Below, one piece after another: positions 18,054 through 27,567 of a stretch of DNA of 30,508 nt. The stretch spans positions 1 to 30,508 of IMG/VR virus record IMGVR_UViG_3300023181_000001; one strand, 5' to 3'. The first letter of the stretch is position 1, and each line of letters opens with the position of its first letter. Origin of the DNA: a virus (Duplodnaviria > Heunggongvirae > Uroviricota > Caudoviricetes). Position numbers and translations under genes: made by a program. The notes beneath the pieces were generated by a model. The model saw nothing but the letters and a program-made list of their open reading frames with translations, searched no databases and was not told the DNA's origin.

Positions 18054-19172
18054 TTATAAGGATTGCTTGGTCTTGAAGAGGGCTTCAAAACCGTCTTCTT
18101 TCTTTTCGGGAGTTTTCTCTGCCGTATTTGTCTTAGCTTTAATCTGAAGTATGTTTTTTGCTACTACCGCAGTCGCTTCGTTTTTTACTTTTGTGTATTT
18201 TACGCTCTCAAACATTTGCTTATCTGATAATAGCATTACGACTTCTAAAAATCTTTCAGGGTCTTCCTGTCTAATCTTGTAGAAAAGTTTCTCTGCTTCT
18301 GATACTCCGTTCTCGTCATATTTTGAAGCTGTTTCTAGAGTCTTTCTTTTATCATGCTCTTTTAGATTGAATACATTGATTTTATCTGAAAGGGTTTTTC
18401 TATACTCCTTTCTGTCTTTTTCAATCTGTTCTCTCTGCTGTTTTAATTGTAATTTGGTATTTTCGAGATGAGTATTGTAGTTTGTTTCTATCTCGTGGAT
18501 GACTTTGTCTGCTTCTTCATCCAAAGTTCCTTCTTTTAAGAACTTAGAAATTTTCAAGTTGATGTAGTCAGCTTCGTATCCTTGGCTCTGCATTTTAAAT
18601 GCCACCAAATCAATTAAGGATTTTTCATCTCTGTTTTCTTTGATCTGTAGAACAGGATTAATTAGCTGTGATTGGGTTTGGATAAGCTGCGATATATCCC
18701 CGCCTTCTTTTGAAATCTCAATAAGCTTTTCAGTGTATTCATTAATACCTTCTTTACTTATATAGTTTTTATCAAACTCAGATTTCTTTCGATCCTCTTG
18801 TGCCTCCTTTAACCTAAAGAACAAATCTTTATCTATATCCTCTAGATTCAGAATTTCTACTTCTTCGTCTTCGCCCTCATCATTTTTAATCTGTATTGTA
18901 CAGTCTATCCAATCCCCTTTTTCGACCAAAGACTTAACGAGTTCAGAATAGTCACTTCCTTTGGGTGCTTGAATCTCCTCCTGTCTTTGTTCTTGTTTTG
19001 GTTCTATTTTAGGCTCATCTGCTTTAGGAGTTTCCTCTTCTTTCTTGTCAAATAAGTCTTCAACTGTTTTTATTTCATTTTCAACTTTCGGCTGTTCTAC
19101 TATTACAGGTTCTTTAACCTCTAAGAATTCAGCTAAACCTCTTGTGTCAAATAATTGCGTTCCTTGTTCCAT
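18054..19172 (-). CDS. Capsid scaffold-like protein
   Basis: 372 aa, acidic, low-complexity N-terminus and long coiled coils, located between portal and MCP. Confidence 0.7.
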   Translation of the reverse strand: MEQGTQLFDTRGLAEFLEVKEPVIVEQPKVENEIKTVEDLFDKKEEETPKADEPKIEPKQEQRQEEIQAPKGSDYSELVKSLVEKGDWIDCTIQIKNDEGEDEEVEILNLEDIDKDLFFRLKEAQEDRKKSEFDKNYISKEGINEYTEKLIEISKEGGDISQLIQTQSQLINPVLQIKENRDEKSLIDLVAFKMQSQGYEADYINLKISKFLKEGTLDEEADKVIHEIETNYNTHLENTKLQLKQQREQIEKDRKEYRKTLSDKINVFNLKEHDKRKTLETASKYDENGVSEAEKLFYKIRQEDPERFLEVVMLLSDKQMFESVKYTKVKNEATAVVAKNILQIKAKTNTAEKTPEKKEDGFEALFKTKQSL

Positions 19173-19188
19173 TTTCTTGAATGCTCTG

Positions 19189-19219
19189 CAAAGTTAAGTA
19201 TGTTGTTTTAATTTGCAAA
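19189..19219 (-). promoter_or_regulatory. Bacteroidota sigma-A promoter for the scaffold-MCP operon
   Basis: Minus strand TTTG (19219-19216)-N19-TAACTTTG (19196-19189), 16 nt before the ATG at 19172. Confidence 0.8.
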
Positions 19220-19263
19220 ATGTATAAATTGATTAATAATAAGTTAATTTATTTTTTATGTGT

Positions 19264-22095
19264 TTAAATTACATTAACTGTTTTTGGAGTGAGTGCTATT
19301 CTTTCCTTAACAGCTAAGGCTCTTTCTTTTAGGGCGATTTCTCTAGCCTTAAGACCCAATTCTTGCATTTTAGCAGCCTTGTTGTTATCATCGACTATTA
19401 ATTTTCTATTTACGTCATCATTCTTTATCAAGAGGTTTGCTTTTTGGAAATCGTCTTGTATTGATTGATTATAGGCGTTTTCAATTCTATCATAACCGTC
19501 AGTATTCGAAGTTTTATCTGCCGCTCTACCCATTGCATCAATATATTTCTCTTCAATGTCTCCTTGAATCTTCATTGCCGTGATTTCTTTCTCGTGAGCG
19601 TAGTCTTTATCTATTGCCTGAGATTGTGCATCTATGTTCTGTTGGTTAAGCTGTTGTTGTCTTTCGAAATCTAATTGTCCTTGTGCCTCTTTTCTTTTCT
19701 TCATCTCTTGTGCGGCCGATTTTAGTTCAGCAAGCACAGGATTTGTGAACAAAGTAATCATATCATCCAAATCATTTACTATGGTATTATTATTCATCAC
19801 CACGTTTCTGATTGTCTCTACAATTTTTCTATCTTTATTATCTGTCTCGGCAACTATTCCTAATTTTCTTAGGGGAAATATTTCACCATCCTCTTTCATA
19901 ATATCAAGATAGTAAGTGTCTCCATCAGAATTTCTATAGATAGATGATTTTCGGATTCCTTTGTATTCGCAGAATTGTGAGAACGCTAGATGGAAGTTTA
20001 TTCCCTCTGTCTTTCCGTAATTGAATTTGTCAAAATAGGGTGACATTAAAGCCATTGATCCATTTACTCCCTGCTTTACTCCTTCTGCTGTTGCGTAGGC
20101 TTGCGGTGCTCCTAAAATCTCTGCTGAAATACCTAATTTATTAAAAGCTTCCTGTTTATAATTTCTAGCAAAGTTCCATTTAGCGGTTATCATATCTGTG
20201 AATGATAAGTCTTGTCTTTGAAATACGTTTGGAGAATTACCTTGTGTGTTCTGACGACTTAAATCCAAGGGCATAAGTTTTGTTGCTCTTGCGGCATCCC
20301 ACATTCCATTTAAAGCTTCCATAGTGCTCTCTCCTTTATATTCATCAGGAATACCCGTCACATCTAAAGCAAAAATAACTCCTAACTCATCCATTGTAAG
20401 TTCGGTAATACCGTTCATTTGGATATTATATCCGATCTGCTCATTTATGATATGAGGAATTACTCCTGTCGATATAAGTCCTGATACAGGCAATAATACA
20501 TCAAATAAGTTTCCATCTGTACCTTTTATCTGAAAATCTGTTGGTGAAACATCTAGATACAAATCATCTTTAATAGTGAAACCATTTCCTTTAATTCTCA
20601 CAAATTTCCAAGACTCTGGTTGGGGAAAATAAGTTATTGTATTTATATAGTCTGAAAAATCCTGGCTTTCAAAAGCTTTCTTTATTTCAGATATGCTTTT
20701 TGTAGTTAGTTTTTTTATTTCGTTTTTTTCTAGAAACCCTTTTAAAAGTTCCTCATCTACTATGCTCAATTCTACCTGTCCGTACTGATTCTCAAAAATC
20801 AAAATGCCCATCTGCTTGTAGCTTCTCCAATACCCTTCATCAACTTGAATAGAGTCTTTTCTGATTTCTATGTCGTGTCTTAGATAACCTTTAGGTCTGT
20901 TAGCTGAGTAACCATATTCTTCTCTTGGTACAAAGCTTCTGAACGAGTGCTCTTCTCCTTCTTCATCTACTGTTGTTGTGATTCCTGTAGGCTCTCCTGT
21001 GGCATCTTCTAGCTTCTCTAGGAATTTGTGTTCGAAATAATTATGAAAGGGCGTTACTACAGGCTGTGGTATCAAAGCTTTTTTATAATCGGATGTGAAA
21101 AATTCTCCTGAGTAGCTTCCGAAGCCGTAATTCTTATAAGTTTTTTCAGAACCCCAATACTCACTTATATCCTTAATCATCTTTGGAGACATTATGTGAC
21201 CGTAAGTATTTATGATGCTAGAATTAGACATAAATCTTCTTCTACCTATAAATTCTTCTTTCTGTGGTAATTTTGTATCAACTTCCGCCGAGAAATAAGT
21301 TTCTTCGGGAGACCATCTCTCTATGTCATAGGTATCGAATTTAACTTTATAGTGTCTGAAATATCTGCCTGATAACAGCATATCCATAAACTGTTCTTTA
21401 TCAAGTTCTGTGAAGTTGAAATCTTTTTTGTCTGCTGTTAATTTATTCTGCGCCCACTCGACTGCCAAAACTTTAAATCCTTTTGCGACGAATTTCTCAA
21501 TTTCATCAGGTGTGAGCGATTTTACTTCTTGATCTACGTATTCTTGATACTGTGCTTGCTCTTCTTCTGATTGGAAATCTGATTTGTTTACATCTACTCC
21601 TTTTAAAAGAAGCATTCTTTCTAATTCCTCGGCGAATAAAAGCTCAGCATTTTTTCTGATCTGCTCATTTTTGAATCTGAGGAACTCATTTGTAGAATAC
21701 TCGTCTTCACTTTCAATTCTGTACTTATCATCAAGTTCTTGAAATACTGAAACAAACGCATTTAAAATTATAGCTGTAAAATCATAATGTCTTACCCATT
21801 CAGGTGCCCCACTTTTATTGAAATCTTCTTCGCCAAATATATCAAAGTCGTCTTGGAATTCTCTTATGAAATCAGTAGCCATTCCTGTGTACTCTCCATC
21901 TTTCATTTTCCTATACTCGGCAAACTTTCTATTTCTTGCAAGCATTCTGTTCCCATAATTACAAATAGAATCCACAGTTGCTTTTTTCCAATCTGTAGTT
22001 TTTTTGTTTTTGGGGAGATATTGGATAGGGATTGAGTTTCCTATTCCGCCATCGATTATATTAAAATTGGCTAATTCGCCCTCAAATTTTGACAT
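19264..22095 (-). CDS. Portal protein (crAss-like, with long C-terminal coiled coil)
   Basis: 943 aa, directly after TerL, mostly helical, with a long Q/E/K-rich C-terminal barrel-type helix. Synteny TerL-portal-scaffold-MCP. Confidence 0.88.
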   Translation of the reverse strand: MSKFEGELANFNIIDGGIGNSIPIQYLPKNKKTTDWKKATVDSICNYGNRMLARNRKFAEYRKMKDGEYTGMATDFIREFQDDFDIFGEEDFNKSGAPEWVRHYDFTAIILNAFVSVFQELDDKYRIESEDEYSTNEFLRFKNEQIRKNAELLFAEELERMLLLKGVDVNKSDFQSEEEQAQYQEYVDQEVKSLTPDEIEKFVAKGFKVLAVEWAQNKLTADKKDFNFTELDKEQFMDMLLSGRYFRHYKVKFDTYDIERWSPEETYFSAEVDTKLPQKEEFIGRRRFMSNSSIINTYGHIMSPKMIKDISEYWGSEKTYKNYGFGSYSGEFFTSDYKKALIPQPVVTPFHNYFEHKFLEKLEDATGEPTGITTTVDEEGEEHSFRSFVPREEYGYSANRPKGYLRHDIEIRKDSIQVDEGYWRSYKQMGILIFENQYGQVELSIVDEELLKGFLEKNEIKKLTTKSISEIKKAFESQDFSDYINTITYFPQPESWKFVRIKGNGFTIKDDLYLDVSPTDFQIKGTDGNLFDVLLPVSGLISTGVIPHIINEQIGYNIQMNGITELTMDELGVIFALDVTGIPDEYKGESTMEALNGMWDAARATKLMPLDLSRQNTQGNSPNVFQRQDLSFTDMITAKWNFARNYKQEAFNKLGISAEILGAPQAYATAEGVKQGVNGSMALMSPYFDKFNYGKTEGINFHLAFSQFCEYKGIRKSSIYRNSDGDTYYLDIMKEDGEIFPLRKLGIVAETDNKDRKIVETIRNVVMNNNTIVNDLDDMITLFTNPVLAELKSAAQEMKKRKEAQGQLDFERQQQLNQQNIDAQSQAIDKDYAHEKEITAMKIQGDIEEKYIDAMGRAADKTSNTDGYDRIENAYNQSIQDDFQKANLLIKNDDVNRKLIVDDNNKAAKMQELGLKAREIALKERALAVKERIALTPKTVNVI

Positions 22096-22112
22096 AGTAG
22101 ATAAAATATCTG

Positions 22113-22144
22113 CAAATTTAACTCTTTAATAGGAATCTACCAAA
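22113..22144 (-). promoter_or_regulatory. Bacteroidota sigma-A promoter for the portal gene
   Basis: Minus strand TTTG (22144-22141)-N20-TAAATTTG (22120-22113), 17 nt before the ATG at 22095. Confidence 0.8.
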
Positions 22145-22164
22145 AGTGTAAATTTTCTATTAAC

Positions 22165-24876
22165 TTAACGTCTTGATCGGTAAGTAGGTTTTAGATTTTT
22201 TTGGTAGAAAGACTTCGTTCTTTGTATTTCTTTTCTAGCTTCCTCTTTTCTTCCCTTGAACCTATCAAAAGATTTTGAAGGTACCCAATGATGAGCACTT
22301 ATTAGGTAGTGTATATAAGCATAACCGCCCATTGCTCCTATAATTCTATCGACGTTGGCATTTTCCTGATAAGAAATTATTTCATCTAATAGGTATATAT
22401 CATCTATAAGTTGAACTCCTTTTACCGTAATTATTTTAGTAACGCTGGGGTCTGTAGAGTCTTGTACTTCTATATCGTACTCTTCATTACAGTAATCTAC
22501 AAACAAGTCAAATATAGTTCTTTTTGAAGCTCTAGGTGTCCATCCAGTATTACGCTTTAAATTATTAGGCAGATTAAATGTTGCCGTGAAATCTAGACTG
22601 CTTGCGAGATATTTATCAGTCAAGTGTCTTATGTCTAAGAAATCTTTAATTTTGTAATCTTCATTTTCCCCGAAACAAGTCCCTTCAAGTTGATATGCTT
22701 CCATTAAAAGTAGCCATTTTTCCCAAACCGTTTTATGCTTTGGGGGTCTTATTGCTAAGGAAGCTACGATTTTCTTAGAAAAAGCATCTCCTAATATTTC
22801 ATTTTTCCAAACATAGAAAGTAGCCACAGAGTCTGTTTCGGAGTCTTCTTGTTTATAATCATCAAAACTTGCAGTATATGTTCCACGTGGAACTCTTTGT
22901 TCAGGGGGATTTTCAAATATCATAAAGGGAGCATCCATCACACCTCTATAAGGATACTCTATCAAAGGTCTTTGAGAAAGTTCTATTTGAATCTTTCCAT
23001 TAGAGTCTTTAAACATTTCTCTTCTTCTGTCCCAAAGTCCCGAATCCCAAAGATACTTTCTATGGGCTTTTGCCTCAGCTACTGGAAATGGATTTTCTTT
23101 TCCCGATAGAAATATTTCGGAAGGGTCTATTGGATGATAAGCTAAAAGTTTTACATAAGCTTTTTTATCACCAGCTAAGGAGTCTCTTAAATCATTAATT
23201 TTATTTAATGTGTTTTCCCAATCCGTAACTCCAATTTGGAGTTTTGATAAGGTGGGATGCTCTTTAGAATTTAGTCCCAAATATGATGTCATACTTGTAA
23301 ATATCTTACTTCCGAACCTTGTTGACATTTGACCAGGTAAAAACAAGCCAAAGGGTCTTGGTGTCCAAGTTCTTAGATTTTCAGGAACTCCTCTATTTAA
23401 GTCTTCCCAGTCCATAGTTACGACATTATTTTTTTCAGGATCATTTAGCATTTTTATCCCATCTGCCGCTAAATCATCATCTCCTCCTGTCGCACTGATG
23501 AGAGGTATGGCTCTCAAAACATCTTCTCCAAACAATGCTGGTTCCAATCCTCTAAGCTGTTCTAGGAAAGGGAATTTAAAAGCCTCATCTAGAATAAACT
23601 CATCAGGAGTAAATCCAGCCAAAGATTCTACCTTTTTTTTATTTGTTCCCCCATCTAGGTTTTTTAGATAAACTGTTGCATGCCTTTTTCTTCTATTATC
23701 TTTTGTTCTAATGCCATATTCTTCCCCACCTTTATCGTCTACTCCTAAAGGATGAAGTGAAAAAGCGGGTTCACAGTTATCCATATTAACTTTACAGTTA
23801 TCAACAATCTGACCTAAATCTGTTGAAGATCCTCCTGCTACAAGTATTTGTCTTCTGCCTAAAACTTTTGCCCTCTCTACACGGGATGAATTTAACGTAG
23901 TTTTAGCCGCACGCCTAGTAGCCGCAATGAGAGCATAGCCTTGTACTTTTTTTGTTTTTATGAAATAGTTTGAGATAAGCCATTCGTTATCCCTAAGAGG
24001 AGGCACTCCGATTAAATCTTGGTTTTCTGTTATACCATTTATTACTTTTTTACCAGGATATTGTGTTCTGAAATGATTTATGTGATAATATATCCACCCA
24101 TCAAAATAGACCCCATCTATGTCTATACCGTTATCTATTTTTTTAAGTTCATCAGCATAGTATTTTATGGTCTCAACCTCTTGTTCCCAAAAATGCTTTT
24201 CTGGATTCCAAATAGGCGCACTTTCATTTAGAATGTGAAGTGTTTTTGGAGCAGGAAGTTTGAAATATTCATCTATTTTTAAAGTTTTCATCTTCTCCTT
24301 TACTGCGGGGAAATCTCTCACAACCTCTTTATAGACTGCTAGGGAAGCTTTCTTGTTATCAAAGAACTCAATGTAGTCCGAGCCTTTATCTTCCTCTTCT
24401 ACAAAGCCATATGAACTCAAAACGCTGTCAACTTTTGAATATTCAGCAAATACTTCTGAATTGAACTTTGCTTCCTTACTTCTGAGATCGTGGATTTTTA
24501 TATCCGTCTCATCAATTTCTAAGGAATATTTGTCACATCTTTTTAGGTGGATGCTTATTATGTTTGTAGCGAGTTTGAAAAATGCTTTGAACTTGGGATT
24601 TTTATAATCCCCTTTTGACTTGTCTATAAAAAACTTAAGTCGGTCTAGTATTTTCTTAACTAGACCGACCTGTACTCTAAATTCGTTGTCCTTGCCATAG
24701 AACTCTATTTCATAATCCCAAGATTTTCCTATGGGAATTGCTTTTGACTCATCCCTAAATAAAAGGTGAACATCCTTGCTCCAATCGAAATCATCTAAGT
24801 GCTGTTTCCATTTCTTGAATCTTGGGCTGTTTCTTTTTATGAACTCATCAATGGCATCATTTTGATTATTTTCCAA
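22165..24876 (-). CDS. terL: Terminase large subunit with a ~210-aa N-terminal extension
   Basis: RDNEW, Walker A-like ATRRAAKTT, Walker B FILDEAFK, coupling motif ISATGG, and RNase H-like acidic motifs SFDDY, ENED and NVDRI. Also has the crAss-type 'Y..E...I..G....G.Y..G..Y..IN.F' N-domain. Confidence 0.93.
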   Translation of the reverse strand: MENNQNDAIDEFIKRNSPRFKKWKQHLDDFDWSKDVHLLFRDESKAIPIGKSWDYEIEFYGKDNEFRVQVGLVKKILDRLKFFIDKSKGDYKNPKFKAFFKLATNIISIHLKRCDKYSLEIDETDIKIHDLRSKEAKFNSEVFAEYSKVDSVLSSYGFVEEEDKGSDYIEFFDNKKASLAVYKEVVRDFPAVKEKMKTLKIDEYFKLPAPKTLHILNESAPIWNPEKHFWEQEVETIKYYADELKKIDNGIDIDGVYFDGWIYYHINHFRTQYPGKKVINGITENQDLIGVPPLRDNEWLISNYFIKTKKVQGYALIAATRRAAKTTLNSSRVERAKVLGRRQILVAGGSSTDLGQIVDNCKVNMDNCEPAFSLHPLGVDDKGGEEYGIRTKDNRRKRHATVYLKNLDGGTNKKKVESLAGFTPDEFILDEAFKFPFLEQLRGLEPALFGEDVLRAIPLISATGGDDDLAADGIKMLNDPEKNNVVTMDWEDLNRGVPENLRTWTPRPFGLFLPGQMSTRFGSKIFTSMTSYLGLNSKEHPTLSKLQIGVTDWENTLNKINDLRDSLAGDKKAYVKLLAYHPIDPSEIFLSGKENPFPVAEAKAHRKYLWDSGLWDRRREMFKDSNGKIQIELSQRPLIEYPYRGVMDAPFMIFENPPEQRVPRGTYTASFDDYKQEDSETDSVATFYVWKNEILGDAFSKKIVASLAIRPPKHKTVWEKWLLLMEAYQLEGTCFGENEDYKIKDFLDIRHLTDKYLASSLDFTATFNLPNNLKRNTGWTPRASKRTIFDLFVDYCNEEYDIEVQDSTDPSVTKIITVKGVQLIDDIYLLDEIISYQENANVDRIIGAMGGYAYIHYLISAHHWVPSKSFDRFKGRKEEARKEIQRTKSFYQKNLKPTYRSRR

Positions 24877-25285
24877 GGGTTAAAACGTTTTGCATTGTTT
24901 GGTAGAAATGCTCTTTTGCAATTTCATGGATTTCTTCATTTATCTTTAAAAGCTTTCCGTCTGTAACAATATAGTATAATTTCCTTGTTCCTAACTTTTC
25001 CATATCCTCTCTTACTTCTTTCGGGAACTGTGATTTATCTGTGAACAAGCTGTAAAGCAAAACCAAATCGTTTGACAAATTTGTATGGTCTGACAGATGT
25101 TTTCCTGGCTCTCCTTGAAGTTCGAAGAGTTCTTCCATCTGTTCTTTTGTAGTGATGTTTACTACTCTTTTAGAGAAGTCTTTCTGTTTTTCTTTTAACT
25201 GTTCTTGGTTTGACTCGATGTAGTTTGTGTAGGCTTTCCAAGACTTGTACTTTTCTTCAAATTTATTTTTTAACTGCTCTTCCAT
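24866..25285 (-). CDS. Hypothetical helical protein upstream of TerL (terminase small subunit not excluded)
   Basis: 139 aa, overlapping the TerL start by 11 nt. No recognisable motif. Confidence 0.65.
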   Translation of the reverse strand: MEEQLKNKFEEKYKSWKAYTNYIESNQEQLKEKQKDFSKRVVNITTKEQMEELFELQGEPGKHLSDHTNLSNDLVLLYSLFTDKSQFPKEVREDMEKLGTRKLYYIVTDGKLLKINEEIHEIAKEHFYQTMQNVLTLGK

Positions 25286-25287
25286 TT

Positions 25288-25548
25288 TTATGCTCCTTGA
25301 AATTTACTTGCTCTCCATTGTTCCCATTCTTCATCTGTACATTGTTCATCTTCCAAATCTCCATATTTTAGAAATTTTTCCGCCGAAGCATAAAGTCTTT
25401 CATCATTCATATCAAAAAAATGACTTCCTTTGAAATTACTTTTGTGCAAGATTGAATAGAATACGTGAGCTGTCGGTACTTCGGGATACTTTGTAAATAT
25501 ATCTCCTAGAACTGTATGCAGGTTTCCTTTGAAATTTGTTTCTTCCAT
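25288..25548 (-). CDS. Hypothetical protein
   Basis: 86 aa, TAATG-coupled to the upstream gene. Confidence 0.65.
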   Translation of the reverse strand: MEETNFKGNLHTVLGDIFTKYPEVPTAHVFYSILHKSNFKGSHFFDMNDERLYASAEKFLKYGDLEDEQCTDEEWEQWRASKFQGA

Positions 25549-26015
25549 TATTTTTTTATTTTATTATACAGACCTTTTATCTCCGCAAGTAATCTTTCTT
25601 CTTGTTCTAATTTTGCTTTATACATGAAAGTGCTCTCAAACTCTTCAGCTAATCCTTTATCCGAAGTTTTAAAATGATATCCAGACCCTATATTATGACT
25701 CCCATCTTTGTTAATTATACCCTCAACCTTGTCATTTTTAATGTAGACTTTGGCTAACAATCTCATACTGTCCCCATAAAGAAAAACTTCGTTTTGGTAA
25801 ACGCCTATATTTTCACAAGTTGAAGCCATTATTAAAAAGGTCTTTGCCAATAACAAATTCTTTTCCTGTTCTAGATTGTATATTTTAGTTGTAATATTAT
25901 CTTTTTCAGATATATTTAAAAATTCATCTAATTTTGTTTTGTCCTCAACTATCATATCTAATCTCTTGGCATCTTGATATAATTCTTCAATATCTTCAGT
26001 TGTAATTTGTCCCAT
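25548..26015 (-). CDS. Hypothetical protein
   Basis: 155 aa, TAATG-coupled on both sides. Confidence 0.65.
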   Translation of the reverse strand: MGQITTEDIEELYQDAKRLDMIVEDKTKLDEFLNISEKDNITTKIYNLEQEKNLLLAKTFLIMASTCENIGVYQNEVFLYGDSMRLLAKVYIKNDKVEGIINKDGSHNIGSGYHFKTSDKGLAEEFESTFMYKAKLEQEERLLAEIKGLYNKIKK

Positions 26016-26323
26016 TATAAAATTGTTCCTCTTAGTGTTATTTCTGCTATTACTTTTTTATCCGCGACTACCTTCAAAACTTTTGAAAAAGCATTCAGCC
26101 TTTTTGAATCATACTCCAAAGTAACATCATATCCGTAATCTGTCTTGTTCTTTGTTATCTTTGTGCAAGGACAGGTAGCTACTATGCTGATTATTTCTTT
26201 AGTTTCTATTTTCAGGTCGGTTTTTAAATCACTGTTCCTTTGCCTATAACCATAATTTAAAATATGGTTTTTACCGTCTTTTGTAAATTCGGCTATTTCT
26301 TTGTTTGTTAATTCTATAATCAT
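26015..26323 (-). CDS. DUF1573-like Ig-fold protein without signal peptide
   Basis: I.SIVATCPCT resembles the DUF1573 'V..SCGCT' motif, and YDSKRLNAFSKVLKV...ITLRGTI resembles 'YD....G.F.K.I.V......I.G.V'. Confidence 0.65.
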   Translation of the reverse strand: MIIELTNKEIAEFTKDGKNHILNYGYRQRNSDLKTDLKIETKEIISIVATCPCTKITKNKTDYGYDVTLEYDSKRLNAFSKVLKVVADKKVIAEITLRGTIL

Positions 26324-26324
26324 A

Positions 26325-26561
26325 TTAAAAATTTACAGTTCCTATACTCGGATGATACGTTTTCTTAATATTTAAAAAATCTATATTTCTGCCTCCTACG
26401 TGATTAAAAGTCTTTTTGTACTCTGAAGTAAAATAGTCACTTAATTCATTTTTAGAATCTTGTATAACATCCCATTCTCTTTCCATTGGATTAAAAATGT
26501 CTATGTTATTTAAGTCTAATTTAACATCTTCCCCTGTTTTTACGTCTTTGAGTCTTACCAT
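26325..26561 (-). CDS. Hypothetical protein (MVRLKDVKTGEDV...)
   Basis: Start moved to ATG 26561 (ATGGTAA overlap with the upstream stop). 26570 and 26627 are alternatives. Confidence 0.55.
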   Translation of the reverse strand: MVRLKDVKTGEDVKLDLNNIDIFNPMEREWDVIQDSKNELSDYFTSEYKKTFNHVGGRNIDFLNIKKTYHPSIGTVNF

Positions 26562-26860
26562 TGTTTCCATTTGTTTTCGGGGCAATTTTCCCATTCTCCT
26601 TCTCTTGCTTTGTAATATATCGAGCAAGAATCACAAGCTGTGCAATTGCCAAATTTGTCTTTGTGTTTTTGTCCTGTAATCAGAGAATAGAAGTTTGAAA
26701 GTCTTATTAAAAATTTCTTGCTTTTTGGTATTTCACTTTCTTTCATGTTCAAGCTGTTCTTGGGGCAGTTGAGGCATTCTTCTATTCTCTCTGAGATTTT
26801 CCTGTTACTCTTTTGTTTTCTTATTCTTGAAAGGAGGATTCTTAAAAAAGTTTTCCACAT
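26555..26860 (-). CDS. Cys-rich putative Zn-binding protein (DUF6171-like)
   Basis: R...CxxCP ... CxxCxxC.I..K ... CP..KW pattern. Confidence 0.65.
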   Translation of the reverse strand: MWKTFLRILLSRIRKQKSNRKISERIEECLNCPKNSLNMKESEIPKSKKFLIRLSNFYSLITGQKHKDKFGNCTACDSCSIYYKAREGEWENCPENKWKQW

Positions 26861-27197
26861 CTTCTACTATTTCTTCTATGTTATTTTCTCGGTACTTTGA
26901 ATTCATCAGGTAGCTCTCGTCATACTTTCTTGGCTTATCACAATATAAACTGTTCATTAGGTATTGAAGCTGTTCTCCCTCGTATTCTTTTGTTTCGGCT
27001 TTTAAATATAAATCAGAGAATATTTCTAACCTGTTCCCTATTTTTATCTTGGTATGAGTCTTGCCAGACTGTTTTATGAATTCTTTCAAAACCCGCCACA
27101 CTTCTCTCACCGCCCTTTCATCCTTTTTATTACCTCTTTGAAGGTAATTTTGGATAATCATCTCTTCTGTTATAAGAGGGTCTTTTACCTTAAACAT
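26805..27197 (-). CDS. Second divergent HU/IHF-like protein
   Basis: Helix-turn-helix-like N-terminus (EEMIIQ...D.RAV.EVW.VL.EFI) followed by KIKIGNRLEIF strands. crAss-like phages have an IHF homologue upstream of TerL. Confidence 0.45.
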   Translation of the reverse strand: MFKVKDPLITEEMIIQNYLQRGNKKDERAVREVWRVLKEFIKQSGKTHTKIKIGNRLEIFSDLYLKAETKEYEGEQLQYLMNSLYCDKPRKYDESYLMNSKYRENNIEEIVEDVENFFKNPPFKNKKTKE

Positions 27198-27567
27198 TTT
27201 CGTCTATGAAATTTATAAGCAGTACTTTTCTTTGAGAGTCTGTTTCGTAAAACTGCTTTAATTTTAAAAGCTCAGGATTTAAAGTTTTGTTTATCTGCTT
27301 ATTTGGATCGGGCATCAGAAAACCTTTCTTCTGTAAGTTACAATTCAAAGTGTTTACGCTTGTTATAGTGGTCTTCAAAGACTTAACTATGTGTTTTTTA
27401 GTCTCTGATGAATACCCTCTGAGAAGGTACTCCCTTAAAATCTCACATTCTGTCTTAGATAATATGTAGTTTTTTTGGCACCTTGAAAACATATAAATCA
27501 AGCAGTCCATGAATCTGTAATTATTGGAGTACTCGAAATCCAATTTTAATGCTACGGGACTACTCAT
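27190..27567 (-). CDS. Winged helix-turn-helix (MarR-like) DNA-binding protein
   Basis: LS.TE.EIL...L.......T...I...L..T..SV......L.KKGFL, followed by a wing (PDPNKQINKTLN). Confidence 0.65.
   Translation of the reverse strand: MSSPVALKLDFEYSNNYRFMDCLIYMFSRCQKNYILSKTECEILREYLLRGYSSETKKHIVKSLKTTITSVNTLNCNLQKKGFLMPDPNKQINKTLNPELLKLKQFYETDSQRKVLLINFIDENV

Noticed and set aside
1244-24231. Plus-strand ORFs antisense to the morphogenesis genes (e.g. 2438-2800, 8291-8566, 8951-9289, 14240-14599, 19634-19912, 22849-23109)
   Set aside because: They are shadows of well-supported minus-strand genes, with no motifs and no promoter or start context.
22165-24876. Intein or intron explaining the long TerL
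   Set aside because: No C/S...HN splice motifs, no LAGLIDADG or HNH domain and no break in the reading frame. The extra length is N-terminal.
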